In this document: one piece after another, positions 1 through 9,151 of the stretch
Numbering within the stretch: position 1 is the stretch's first letter
Layout: each line of letters starts with the position of its first letter
Program-made: the position numbers and the translations under genes
Notes under the pieces: model-generated
Database searches by the model: none
The model's input: the letters and a program-made list of their open reading frames with translations, nothing else
Told to the model about the DNA's origin: nothing
Assembly (NCBI GenBank): GCA_964594835.1
Contig: CAZQNA010000012.1
Location: 1-46,508 of the forward strand
Length of the DNA: 46,508 nt
From: an uncultured Nitrososphaerota archaeon
GTDB lineage: Archaea > Korarchaeota > Korarchaeia > Korarchaeales > Korarchaeaceae
Reading direction: 5' to 3'

Positions 1-4
1 GGGG

Positions 5-574
5 ATGAGCGAGGGCGAGGAGAGCGGGACCGAGGGGCGAGGCAGGGAGAGAGAGGCTGAGGAGCGGGCTTTCTTCTTCGTGGTCAAGGTGCCCGCCGGC
101 CAGGAAGCCGGGATCATAAAGCTCCTGGCCAAGAAGGCCGAGTACTCCCGACTTGGAGTGCGATCCATCCTATTCGTGCCGAGGCTGAGGGGCTACCTCT
201 TCCTAGAGGCGGACAGGGAGTACGAGGTTAGGAAGCTCGTCAGAGGGGTGTCGAGGGCCAAGATGCTTCCCGGCAGCCCGGTCCCGCTCTCCGAGATTGA
301 CGCCCTCCTCTACAGGGAGCCCGAGAAGATCGAGATCGAGCCCGGGGACATCGTCCAGATAATCAGGGGGAACTTCAAGGGGTTCCGCGCGCTGGTCCTG
401 TCCTCGCCCTCTGGCAAGGGGAGAAAGTTGATAACGGCGAGGCTGCTCGACATCGAGCGAGACTGGGAGGTCCAACTCCCCGTCGACAGCGTCAAGCTGG
501 TGGAGAAGGGCAAGGAGAAGGGGGAGGAGGCGCCTCCTGAGGAGCAGGAAACTGGATGGACAGAGGAGGTGTGA
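5..574 (+). CDS. spt5: Transcription elongation factor Spt5/NusG
   Basis: NGN domain (VKVPAGQE...LRGYLFLEA) plus KOW motif (IEPGDIVQIIRGNFKG); conserved position before rpl11. Confidence 0.95.
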   Translation: MSEGEESGTEGRGREREAEERAFFFVVKVPAGQEAGIIKLLAKKAEYSRLGVRSILFVPRLRGYLFLEADREYEVRKLVRGVSRAKMLPGSPVPLSEIDALLYREPEKIEIEPGDIVQIIRGNFKGFRALVLSSPSGKGRKLITARLLDIERDWEVQLPVDSVKLVEKGKEKGEEAPPEEQETGWTEEV

Positions 575-578
575 ATAG

Positions 579-1067
579 ATGCCCAAGAAGGTCGTCAAGG
601 TCCTCGTCGAGGGCGGGAGGGCGACGCCCGGGCCGCCGATAGGGCCAGCGCTGGGCGGGCTCGGAGTGGACATAGGCAGGATAATCGGGGAGATCAACCA
701 GAAGACGAGGGAGTACTCGGGGATGAAGGTCCCCGTCGAGATAATCGTAGACCTAGAGACCAGGGAGTACGAGGTCAAGGTCGGCCTCCCCCCGACCTCG
801 ATGCTGCTGATCCGCGAGATAGGGGCCGAGAAGGGCTCGGGTGAGGCTGGCTCACAGGCCGTCGGCGACCTGAAGAGAGAGCAGATCGTGAAGATCGCCA
901 GGATGAAGCTGGAGTCGATGAACACCACGAGCCTGAAGGCGGCGGTGAAGCAGGTGCTCGGCACGGCGGTCAGCGTAGGGGTCACCGTCGAGGGGAAGCA
1001 CCCCAAGGAGGCCATCAGAGATGTCGACGCAGGGCTCTGGGACGATCTCCTCAGGGAGGATTCCTGA
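579..1067 (+). CDS. rpl11: 50S ribosomal protein uL11
   Basis: GGRATPGPPIGPALG motif; operon context. Confidence 0.98.
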   Translation: MPKKVVKVLVEGGRATPGPPIGPALGGLGVDIGRIIGEINQKTREYSGMKVPVEIIVDLETREYEVKVGLPPTSMLLIREIGAEKGSGEAGSQAVGDLKREQIVKIARMKLESMNTTSLKAAVKQVLGTAVSVGVTVEGKHPKEAIRDVDAGLWDDLLREDS

Positions 1068-1079
1068 AGTGCGGAGGAG

Positions 1080-1787
1080 GTGATGGTCGTGGCGGTCACA
1101 ATTCCCGCGTTGGAGGATCCCCTCAGGAGGGCCGTGAGGAGGGCGCTGGAGGAGAGCCCGGAGAGGAGGTTCAGGGAGTCCGTCGACCTGACCGTGGTGT
1201 TCAGGGGGCTGGACCTGAAGAAGGACCCGTCCCTCAAGATCAACGAGATAGTCGCGCTCCCTCACCCCCCCAAGGGTAAGGAGGCCAGGGTGGCCGTCAT
1301 AGGGACGGGAGAGTTCGCGACCAAGGCGAGGGACGCGGGGGCCGACGCGATCTTCGATCCGGCCGAGATACTCAGCATAGCAAAGAACAAGAGGGAACTC
1401 AGAAAGCTCGCGAACAGGTTCGACTTCTTCGTGGCTCAGGCGGACGCCCTGCCCAAGCTGGCCAGGGACATAGGCCCCATATTCGGCCCCAGGAACAAGA
1501 TGCCCATCCCGCTGCCGGCGACTAGAGTGGACCAGCTGCCGGACACGATAGAGAGGCTGAAGAGGTCCGTCAGGGTCAGGATGAGGGACCAGCCCGTCAT
1601 CCACGTGAGGGTGGGCTCCAGGGACATGGACCCCGACGAGATCGTCGAGAACGTGAAGGCAATTCTGGCCGCCCTGGAGAGGAAGTACGGTGATCTGGGC
1701 GTGCTGGACGCTATGTACGTCAAGACCACTATGGGGCCCGCGATAAGGGTGGAGGCCGCCATGGGAGGGAGGAGGAAGAGGAGATGA
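1080..1787 (+). CDS. rpl1: 50S ribosomal protein uL1
   Basis: RRFRESVDL, GPRNKMP, YVKTTMGP motifs; start may be ATG at 1083 or later. Confidence 0.97.
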   Translation: MMVVAVTIPALEDPLRRAVRRALEESPERRFRESVDLTVVFRGLDLKKDPSLKINEIVALPHPPKGKEARVAVIGTGEFATKARDAGADAIFDPAEILSIAKNKRELRKLANRFDFFVAQADALPKLARDIGPIFGPRNKMPIPLPATRVDQLPDTIERLKRSVRVRMRDQPVIHVRVGSRDMDPDEIVENVKAILAALERKYGDLGVLDAMYVKTTMGPAIRVEAAMGGRRKRR

Positions 1788-2665
1788 GCTCAGCGGAGGC
1801 GAAGGTCAGGAAGAGTCCAGCCAGGCTCAGGAAGGAGGAGATGGTCCGCAGGATAGTCGAGGGAGTCAAGGAGTTCCCCACGGTGATGTTCGCCGACTTC
1901 GGCAGATCTCCCGCGGACTTCCTGCAGAGGCTGAGGAAGGAGCTGTCGCCAGACACGAGACTCATGGTGGTCAAGAAGAGACTCGTCCCCATAGCGTTCT
2001 CGAAGGTGGACTCCAGGGAGGGGCTCAACAGGCTCCTGGAGCACATCCCTCAGAGGCTGATGATAATCTTCAGCAAGGAGAGCCCGTGGAGGCTGTACCA
2101 GAGGCTCAGGGAGAAGACCGTCCGCGTCGACATACTGCCCGGGGAGGTGGCCGAGGAGGACATCGTCATACCCGCGGGACCGACGGACCTGGCCCCGGGT
2201 CCGATACTCACCGACCTCAGGGCGCTGGGCGTCCCGACCAAGATCGTGGGGGGCAAGATATCCATCTCTGAGGACTTCGTGATAGTCAGGAGGGGGGAGA
2301 AGGTCCAGGCGCAGATAGCGGACATGCTGAAGGCCCTCGGGATAAGGCCCGTGGAGGTCCGGCTGGAGGTCTCCGGCGCGGTGGACTCGGAGGGGATCTT
2401 CTGGCCCCCGGAGGTGCTGGCCAAGACCAGGGAGGAGATCCTAGAGGAACTCAGCAGGGCCGCCGGGGTCGGAATAGCCCTGGCCGTCGAGCAGGGGATA
2501 GTGACGGACAAGACCGCCGAGCTCATACTGAGGAAGGCGGCGCAGAGGGTCCTGGCCCTGGCCGGCGAGATCGGGTGGATGTCCCCCGAGACCGCCGAGC
2601 TCATACTGAGGAAGGCGGCCGCGAGGGCGAGGGTGCTGGAGGCCGCCCTCGGCCTCTCCTCCTGA
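1784..2665 (+). CDS. rpl10: 50S ribosomal stalk protein uL10/P0
   Basis: IVIPAGPTDLAPGP insert typical of archaeal/eukaryotic P0; repeated C-terminal spine helices; ATGA overlap with rpl1. Confidence 0.95.
   Translation: MSSAEAKVRKSPARLRKEEMVRRIVEGVKEFPTVMFADFGRSPADFLQRLRKELSPDTRLMVVKKRLVPIAFSKVDSREGLNRLLEHIPQRLMIIFSKESPWRLYQRLREKTVRVDILPGEVAEEDIVIPAGPTDLAPGPILTDLRALGVPTKIVGGKISISEDFVIVRRGEKVQAQIADMLKALGIRPVEVRLEVSGAVDSEGIFWPPEVLAKTREEILEELSRAAGVGIALAVEQGIVTDKTAELILRKAAQRVLALAGEIGWMSPETAELILRKAAARARVLEAALGLSS
2511..2619 (+). repeat. 31-bp perfect direct repeat inside rpl10 (2511-2541 and 2589-2619; TAELILRKAA twice)
   Basis: AGACCGCCGAGCTCATACTGAGGAAGGCGGC occurs twice, 78 bp apart. Confidence 0.95.
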
Positions 2666-2701
2666 TTTTTCATCGCCCCTGGGGTCGCCGGAGTCAATTG
2701 G

Positions 2702-2765
2702 GGGGACTCGGTAGCGGAGAGTCTCTTCACGAGATCAGGCTGTGGAGCTGTCTCTCATAGTCCCC
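2702..2765 (-). ncRNA. Candidate box C/D sRNA (degenerate C box)
   Basis: Minus strand GGGGAC-U-AUGAGA-guide-CUGA-UCUC-GUGAAGA-12 nt guide-CCGA-GUCCCC; 6-bp terminal stem; intergenic. Confidence 0.55.
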
Positions 2766-2868
2766 TGAGCGAACCCACCCGCGAGGCACTCTTATTCCTT
2801 TCTCCGGGCCCCCTCTAACCTGACACCTCGCCCCGGTCTCCGCTGGGCCGCCCCCCGAAGGCTACGCG

Positions 2869-4350
2869 TCAGTAGCCCATCCTCTTGAGGGCCCTTGGAA
2901 TGTACTCCAGGACGTCTTGAGCGGTCAGCGAGTAGGAGAGGTCCTCGAACGCCAGATCACCGGCCATCCCGACCAGGAAGGCCGAGGCGGAGGCAGCCCT
3001 GAGCGGGTCTCCCGACATGGCCAGGAAGGCGGCGGTCACGCCCGAGAGAACGTCACCCGTCCCACCCACGGTCATGGCCGGGTTTCCGGTGACGTTCAGC
3101 CTCAGCCTGTCTCCGCTGCATATCACGTCGACGTGCCCCTTCAGGAGAATAGCGCCGCCGAACTCGCGGGCCGCTTGCAGACAGGAGCTCACCCTCTCTC
3201 GGAGTTCGGGACCGGGGGCTCGGCCGAAGATCCTCTTGAACTCTCCGGCGTGCGGCGTTATCACGAGGCCCGGCCACCCCCCCTCCGGGGAGACGGCCTT
3301 CAACCCGTCTGCGTCAACGACGGTGGGCTTTCCAAGTCTCTTGAGCTCCCGCAGGATCTTGGCGGCCGCCTCAAGCGTCTCGGGATCTGCCCCAAGGCCC
3401 GGGCCAAGCAGGACGGCGTCAGCCTCCCTGGCCTCCCGGATCACGGGGTCCACGTCGCCGAGCCCCAGGCGATCCTGGCTCCCCAGCGGGAGCACTATGA
3501 GGTTGGGCGAGATGGGCTTCATCGTGGCTGAGACCCAGCGGGGGGCCACGACTGAGACCAGGTCGGCGCCGGCCCTCAGTGCGGCCATCGCGGCCATGGC
3601 CGGCGCCCCCGTGTACCGCGACGATCCGCCGACCACCAGGATCCTCCCAAACTCCCCCTTGTGAGACCAGGGAGGCCTCCTGGGCTTCAGAACGACCTTC
3701 ACGTCTCCGGGACCGCAGTAGAGGAGGGACTCGGCCGGGGCGCCAGCCTCGGCGACGACGACCTCCCCGCACAGGTCAGGCCTCAGCCCCGGCTTCCTGG
3801 CGTGGAACGTGACGGTGACCGTGGCCCTGACCACCGCGCCGGGGGCCTCTCCCGTGAACGGATTCAGGCCGGAGGGCACGTCGACCGCGACGACGGGAAC
3901 GCCCCTGCCCCCCAGAGAGTTGACGACCTCGATGGCCCGGGCGACCGCTCCCCTGGGCGCCCCCCTGACCCCGGTGCCCAGCAGGGCGTCGACCACGACG
4001 TCCGGCTCCCCCTCTGGGAGGTCGGGGAACCGGCGGATCTCGACGGACACCCCCCTCCTCACGACCTCAAAGTTGTACGAGGCCTCGCTCGCTGAGGGGT
4101 CTCCGGTGAGTACGACGGCGACCCTGGCGCCGAGCGCGGCCATCCTCCTGGCGGCGGTTATCCCGTCGCCGCCGTTGTTCCCCCTCCCGCAGAAGACGAA
4201 GACCCTCTTCCCCCTCAGCGTCCCGCCCAGGACCTCCTCAACGGCCCTGACCACCGCGCCGGCTGCGTTCTCCATCATGAGGAGGCGAGTCACACCCAGC
4301 CACTCGGCGTTCTCCTCCAGCACGAACATGTCGTCGGGGGACCGTATCAG
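2869..4350 (-). CDS. nnr: Bifunctional NAD(P)H-hydrate epimerase/dehydratase (NnrE-NnrD)
   Basis: LMMENAA, CGRGNNGGDG, VDVPSG, SHKGEFG, TPHAGEF, GGTGDVLSG; start uncertain (ATG 4398, CTG 4350 or ATG 4329). Confidence 0.93.
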   Translation of the reverse strand: MIRSPDDMFVLEENAEWLGVTRLLMMENAAGAVVRAVEEVLGGTLRGKRVFVFCGRGNNGGDGITAARRMAALGARVAVVLTGDPSASEASYNFEVVRRGVSVEIRRFPDLPEGEPDVVVDALLGTGVRGAPRGAVARAIEVVNSLGGRGVPVVAVDVPSGLNPFTGEAPGAVVRATVTVTFHARKPGLRPDLCGEVVVAEAGAPAESLLYCGPGDVKVVLKPRRPPWSHKGEFGRILVVGGSSRYTGAPAMAAMAALRAGADLVSVVAPRWVSATMKPISPNLIVLPLGSQDRLGLGDVDPVIREAREADAVLLGPGLGADPETLEAAAKILRELKRLGKPTVVDADGLKAVSPEGGWPGLVITPHAGEFKRIFGRAPGPELRERVSSCLQAAREFGGAILLKGHVDVICSGDRLRLNVTGNPAMTVGGTGDVLSGVTAAFLAMSGDPLRAASASAFLVGMAGDLAFEDLSYSLTAQDVLEYIPRALKRMGY

Positions 4351-5501
4351 GAGATCTCTCCCAAGTACGGGGAGAGGGATCTCTTCACCTCCTCCCATTC
4401 GGCATCACCCAGGAGCCCGTGCTCCCACTGCCAACGCTGGAGCCGGTACAGGGGCTCGATCAGGGCGGGGTCGGACTCGAACCTCTCCCTCAGGGGGCGG
4501 AACCTCTCTATGAAGTACTCGGCGGCGAGGTTCTTCAGGTCGAGGGGGTGAAGCTCTCCCCTCTGGTAGAGGTCGAAGAGCTGATCCCACTCGGAGACCT
4601 CGACCTCTCCCCCTCCCGCGGCCCTCGCCCTGGGGAGCCTCACCCTGCCCTCCGCCGGGAGGATCACCATCTTGAACATCGCCAGGATGGGGTTCACGAG
4701 CTTGCCCTCCTCGTCGTACTGGCTCTCCCCGGGCGGCGGGCAGAACGCGGCCCTCATCTTCTTCCTGATCAGCTCGGGGGGATCGTGGACCGCTATGTGA
4801 GACTTCGGTATGGAGCTGCTCATCTTCCCCCCCGGCAGGAGGCCCGGCACCAGCGGGTAGTGGGCGGCCACCGGAACCCACTTCTCGTGCCTCAGCTCTA
4901 TCCTCGATCCGAACAGCTCCCTGGCCAGGGCGTGAATCCTCCTCTGATCCGTGCCCCCCATGGCCAGGTCGCAGCCAAGGTAGACGATGTCGAGGGCCTG
5001 CATGATTGGATAGATGTGCTGACCCACCGTCGGGTGCTCAGTCTCCCTGGCGATCATGGACATGGCCCTCCAAGCCCTCCTGGCGGTCACCCTCTGGGAG
5101 AGCGTGAGCATGTCGAGTTCGTAGTCCGCGGTGAGCTGGTACTCGCTCCCGAGCACGATGTCTATGTCCGGCGAGCCGAGGGTGGTGAAGACCTCACTCC
5201 AGTAGCTCAAGGACACCTCCTTGAGGATCTCCAGGGAACCCTTCCCGTTCAGGAAGCCGTGAAGGTCGGCCATCAGGGCGATGGAGTGGAACCCCAGGCT
5301 CGCAAGCTTCGCGAGCTTCTGTATAGTGAAGAGGACGCCCACGTGAATTGGGCCGGATGGCTCGTAGCCTATGTAGACGGTCGGTCGAGGCTTCCTCACG
5401 ATCTCCCTCAGCTCGTCCAGGGTCATCACGAACTCCTCAACCGGCTCGGCGACGTTCTCCAGTACGGCCCTAACCCTGTCCTCGCCCAACTCGGCTCCCA
5501 C
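4347..5501 (-). CDS. tyrS: Tyrosine--tRNA ligase
   Basis: YIGYEPSGPIHVG, YPIMQALD, GGTDQRRIH, KMSSS. Confidence 0.95.
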   Translation of the reverse strand: MGAELGEDRVRAVLENVAEPVEEFVMTLDELREIVRKPRPTVYIGYEPSGPIHVGVLFTIQKLAKLASLGFHSIALMADLHGFLNGKGSLEILKEVSLSYWSEVFTTLGSPDIDIVLGSEYQLTADYELDMLTLSQRVTARRAWRAMSMIARETEHPTVGQHIYPIMQALDIVYLGCDLAMGGTDQRRIHALARELFGSRIELRHEKWVPVAAHYPLVPGLLPGGKMSSSIPKSHIAVHDPPELIRKKMRAAFCPPPGESQYDEEGKLVNPILAMFKMVILPAEGRVRLPRARAAGGGEVEVSEWDQLFDLYQRGELHPLDLKNLAAEYFIERFRPLRERFESDPALIEPLYRLQRWQWEHGLLGDAEWEEVKRSLSPYLGEIS

Positions 5502-5550
5502 CGGACGCGGGCCAATCAGGTTTTAATCCCAACATCGACGCGCCGCTGAG

Positions 5551-6981
5551 ATGTACCTCCCGGCGCTCAGGCTGAGCGACACGCTGCGGGGAGTGAAGGA
5601 GGAGTTCTCCCCGCTCGATCCACCGAACGTCAGGATCTACGTGTGCGGCCCCACCGTGTACGACGTCGCGCACATAGGGCACGCGCGGCCGGCCGTGTTC
5701 TTCGACGTGGTCAGGAGGTACATGGAGAGGCTGGGTTACAGGGTCTTCCTCGTCTCGAACGTGACGGACGTGGAGGACAAGATCATCAGGAGGGCCAGGG
5801 AGGAGGGGGTGCCGTTTAGGGAGGTGGCCGAGAGGTACGAGAGGGAGTACTTCGAGGCGATGTCTAGGCTCGGGGTGTCTCTGCCGACGGTCGTCCCCAG
5901 GGCCACGGACTACATCGAGGACATGATCCGGATGGTGGAGGGGCTCGTCGAAAGGGGCCACGCGTACGTGGCGGAGAACGGGGACGTCTACTTCGACGTG
6001 TCGACCTTCCCGGAGTACGGGAAGCTGTCCAAGGTCAGGGTCGAGGAGCTGGTCGCCGGCGCCAGGGTCGAGCCGGGGGAGGGGAAGAGGTCCCCCGAGG
6101 ACTTCGCCCTGTGGAAGGCGGCCTCGCCGGGGGAGCCGAGCTGGCCTAGCCCCTGGGGTCCGGGCAGGCCCGGCTGGCACATCGAGTGCAGCGCCATGAT
6201 CCTCAGGCTCCTGGGCCCTGAGATCGACATACACGGCGGGGGGCAGGACCTGGTCTTCCCCCACCACGAGAACGAGATCGCCCAGATGGAGGCCTACACC
6301 GGCAAGTCTCCCTTCGTCCGATACTGGATGCACGTTGGTCTCGTGACGGTGAAGGGGGAGAAGATGGCGAAGTCGCTGAAGAACTACTTCGCGGTGAAGG
6401 TGGCGGTTGAGGAGTTCGGGGCGGAGGCCGTGAGGGCGTTCCTCCTGTCGGCTCACTACAGGTCACCCCTGGAGTTCTCCCCGGAGGCCATCAGGGCTGC
6501 AGGAAGGAGGTGGGAGTCCTGGCGCTCCGCCCTGATGAGGGGGGAGGCCTACCTCAGGGACAGCGGCCCGTCGCACGACCTGACCCCCGAGGACCGGGAG
6601 GTCAGGGAGAGGGTACTCTCGGCCAGGGCCGCCTTCTACGAGGCCATGAGCGACGACTTCGACACGCCCAGGGCCCTGGCGGCGGTGGACGCGGTGAGCG
6701 CGGCGGCCTCCAAGGTGGCGTCGGAGTCCCTCGCCCCGAACGTGGCCGCAGAGGCTATCTCCACGTTGAAGGACCTCCTGGGGGTCCTGGGGTTCGATGC
6801 AGGCGGGCGGGGGATGTCCTCCGAGCTTAAGGGTGCCGTGAGCGTCCTCATCCAGGTCCGCTCCGAGCTGAGGCGGAGGAAGGTGTGGGACCTCGCCGAC
6901 ATGATCAGGTCCCGCCTTGGGGAGCTGGGAATCAGGCTGGAGGACCGGGGGGAGGAGACGGTCTGGTGGATGGAGGGATGA
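5551..6981 (+). CDS. cysS: Cysteine--tRNA ligase
   Basis: YVCGPTVYD.AHIGHAR, GRPGWHIECSAM, FPHHENE, KMAKS. Confidence 0.98.
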   Translation: MYLPALRLSDTLRGVKEEFSPLDPPNVRIYVCGPTVYDVAHIGHARPAVFFDVVRRYMERLGYRVFLVSNVTDVEDKIIRRAREEGVPFREVAERYEREYFEAMSRLGVSLPTVVPRATDYIEDMIRMVEGLVERGHAYVAENGDVYFDVSTFPEYGKLSKVRVEELVAGARVEPGEGKRSPEDFALWKAASPGEPSWPSPWGPGRPGWHIECSAMILRLLGPEIDIHGGGQDLVFPHHENEIAQMEAYTGKSPFVRYWMHVGLVTVKGEKMAKSLKNYFAVKVAVEEFGAEAVRAFLLSAHYRSPLEFSPEAIRAAGRRWESWRSALMRGEAYLRDSGPSHDLTPEDREVRERVLSARAAFYEAMSDDFDTPRALAAVDAVSAAASKVASESLAPNVAAEAISTLKDLLGVLGFDAGGRGMSSELKGAVSVLIQVRSELRRRKVWDLADMIRSRLGELGIRLEDRGEETVWWMEG

Positions 6982-6987
6982 GCCCGC

Positions 6988-7047
6988 GGGCCTCAGGGTA
7001 GGTCAGTGAGGTCACCCGTCCCGGCCGTCACCAGTCATCATCGGCCC
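6988..7047 (-). ncRNA. Box C/D guide sRNA, predicted to target 16S rRNA helix 34
   Basis: Perfect C box AUGAUGA (7041-7035), perfect D box CUGA (6996-6993), GGGCC/GGCCC terminal stem, degenerate D'/C'; guides complementary to recalled conserved archaeal 16S segments; CTTAAG about 25 nt upstream (7071-7076). Confidence 0.85.
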
Positions 7048-7078
7048 GAGGGTCAGACCCCCCCACCGCTCTTAAGCT

Positions 7079-7561
7079 TCACAGAAGGTCCCTGGCCCTC
7101 CTTATCGTCGCCTGCATGCGGGCGAAGTGAGAGCCCGGCCAGTAGACCTTTCCACAGGTTCCGCAGACGTACACGTGGCTGTACCTCTCTCGGACGTGGG
7201 GCGGCGCCCCCTCAGCCTCGCTCACGGGGACCCTTGTGAGGGGTGAGTTGCAAAGGGGGCACCTGGTCCGTCTCAAGTCAATGGACAGGTCTATCCCAGC
7301 CTCCCGGGCGATCTGAGCCAGGGCCCGCTCGACCTCCCCGGAGCGAAGGAGAATGGACCTCAGCCCCGCCCTGAGAGCCCTGGCGTGAAGACCCTCGTCC
7401 CTCGTTATGATGATCCTACGGGTAGAGCGGGCGCACTCGAGGATCTGCGAGTCCTCCTCGCCGCACTGGGTGTGGTCCAGAACGTCGTACCCCATGACCC
7501 GCAGCCACCGCGCGAGGTGGGCGACCATTGCATCGGCGACGAACCTGAGGGGCAAGCGCAT
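7079..7561 (-). CDS. Mut7-C RNase domain protein (PIN-like fold plus Zn ribbon)
   Basis: FVADAM..LARWLRVMGYD, IITRD, RCPLCN...CGTCGKVYWPGSH; start trimmed to ATG 7561 because the longer ORF runs into the tRNA. Confidence 0.9.
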   Translation of the reverse strand: MRLPLRFVADAMVAHLARWLRVMGYDVLDHTQCGEEDSQILECARSTRRIIITRDEGLHARALRAGLRSILLRSGEVERALAQIAREAGIDLSIDLRRTRCPLCNSPLTRVPVSEAEGAPPHVRERYSHVYVCGTCGKVYWPGSHFARMQATIRRARDLL

Positions 7562-7621
7562 CGCCCTGGGTCTGCTGGCCGGTGGCCCAGGCCAGGCAAG
7601 CCACCGGCCGGGCCATCTGGG

Positions 7622-7699
7622 TGGTAGCCCCGCCCGGATTCGAACCGGGGTCTCCGGGTCCAAAGCCCGGCGTGCTTGACCTGGCTACACCACGGGGCT
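7622..7699 (-). tRNA. tRNA-Gln(UUG), CCA encoded
   Basis: AGCCCCG acceptor stem, CCGGG-CT-TTG-GA-CCCGG anticodon arm, GTTCGAATC T loop. Confidence 0.97.
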
Positions 7700-7724
7700 C
7701 CGGCTCAGCGGGGGCCGGGGCGGC

Positions 7725-7732
7725 TTTAAAAA
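7725..7732 (-). promoter_or_regulatory. TATA box of tRNA-Gln, overlapping the GGGPS stop codon
   Basis: TTTTTAAA on the minus strand about 26 nt upstream of the tRNA 5' end. Confidence 0.7.
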
Positions 7733-8505
7733 CTGTTCCGGTGCCTCGAGCCCTCCCTGACCGCCTCAGCGAGGCCGGACACCTTTTCGGCGGTCTCGCC
7801 GGACTCGATGTAGGTCCCCACCACTATCACGTCGGCCCCCGCGGCCGCCCTCTCCCGCGCCAGCTCGGGGGATCTGATCCCTCCCCCGACTATGACCCCG
7901 AGGCCTGTGTTCCTCCTGACGGCGGCCACCATCTCCGCTGGGACCGGCTGAGGGGCGCCGCTCCCCGCCTCCAGGTAGACCCACCTCATCCCCATCAGCT
8001 CCGCCGCCAGGGAGTAGGCCACGGCCAGCTCCGGCTTTCCCCTCGGGATCTGCCTCGCCCTCCCCACCCAGCCGGCGGCGCTCAGGCCCCCGGGCTCCAC
8101 TATGAGGTAGGCCGTCGGGATGGCCTCCAGCCGCATGGCCCTGATCCCGGGGGCCGCCAGGGCCTGGGCCTCCACTATCCAGTAGGTGCTGTCGGAGTTC
8201 AGGAGAGACATGAAGAGGAGCGCGTCCGCCTCCGGGGAGACCCCGTCCACGTTCCCCGGAAACAGTATGACCGGGACGGAGACAGACTCCTTGACCGCCC
8301 TTACTATGGAGTGGAGCTTGAGGCCGGCGCCGACGGATCCCCCCACGAGGATCAGGTCGGCCCCCGCCGACTCTGCCTCCGCGGCGACGCGACCGGCCTC
8401 GGTGGGGTCGACGTTGAAGGGGTCTATGAGGACGGCGAGCTGAGTCCTCTCGGACGCCGCCTCGGCCAGCCTGGATTCCACGGGCCCCAGCTTAGGTGTC
8501 CTCAT
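7726..8505 (-). CDS. Geranylgeranylglyceryl phosphate synthase
   Basis: LIDP, VGGS, ILFPG, FMSLLNS, YLEAGSGA, VGGGIRS. Confidence 0.95.
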   Translation of the reverse strand: MRTPKLGPVESRLAEAASERTQLAVLIDPFNVDPTEAGRVAAEAESAGADLILVGGSVGAGLKLHSIVRAVKESVSVPVILFPGNVDGVSPEADALLFMSLLNSDSTYWIVEAQALAAPGIRAMRLEAIPTAYLIVEPGGLSAAGWVGRARQIPRGKPELAVAYSLAAELMGMRWVYLEAGSGAPQPVPAEMVAAVRRNTGLGVIVGGGIRSPELARERAAAGADVIVVGTYIESGETAEKVSGLAEAVREGSRHRNSF

Positions 8506-8540
8506 GTCGGGCGGCTGCGGGGGCGAGGTTTAGATAAATC

Positions 8541-9119
8541 ATGACCGGTGTGTGCGTGTTGAAGGCGGGAGCGCGGGCCCTTGGGATCGACGACTGCCCC
8601 TTCGCCAGGGGGAGGGACGCCGAGACCTGGCTCGTCGGGGTCCTCATGAGGGGGAGCGTCATCGAGAGGGTGCTCGTGTCGGAGGTCCAGGTCGACGGAT
8701 CTGACGCCACGGACGCCATAGTATCGATGCACGAGGAGGGAGGGTCGGAGGCCCGGGTGATACTGACCCACGGCACGGTGGTGGCTGGCTTCAATCCGAT
8801 CGATCTGCGGGGGGTGTCCGAGGGGACCGGGGTGCCCGTCGTGGCCGTCCTCGAGAGGCCGCCCCGCTGGGACCTGGTCAGGAGGGCCATGGAATCGCAC
8901 GGCCTTGTCGAGAACCTGAGGGTGCTTGAGGAGAACCCACCCTACGCCCCCCTCGAGACCCCGAGGGGGGAGATCTTCTGCGCCAGCGTCGGGCTGGGTC
9001 GGGGCGAACTCCTGGAGCTCATCGCGAGGTGGCAGATCGAGTCGAAGATCCCCGAGCCCGTCAGGCTGGCGGATCTAATAGGGAGGTCGGTGGTCAGGGC
9101 GGCGCGGCGAACCTTATAG
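8541..9119 (+). CDS. DUF99 family (endonuclease V-like fold) protein
   Basis: GIDDCPF, VDGSDAT, AGFNPID, SKIPEPVRLA. Confidence 0.88.
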   Translation: MTGVCVLKAGARALGIDDCPFARGRDAETWLVGVLMRGSVIERVLVSEVQVDGSDATDAIVSMHEEGGSEARVILTHGTVVAGFNPIDLRGVSEGTGVPVVAVLERPPRWDLVRRAMESHGLVENLRVLEENPPYAPLETPRGEIFCASVGLGRGELLELIARWQIESKIPEPVRLADLIGRSVVRAARRTL

Positions 9120-9151
9120 CGAGCGATCCCGATCACCCCGGCGTCGGGGGC

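Noticed and set aside
203-1243. 346-aa minus-strand ORF and similar long antisense ORFs (4419-5549, 15152-16234, 22171-23238, 32483-33736)
   Set aside because: Shadow frames of well-supported genes, expected in GC-rich DNA; no recognisable motifs
7562-7663. Upstream extensions of ORFs over tRNAs or neighbours (Mut7-C, PRC barrel, Taw1, PfkB)
   Set aside because: They overlap tRNA genes, promoters or other CDSs; internal starts match family N-termini
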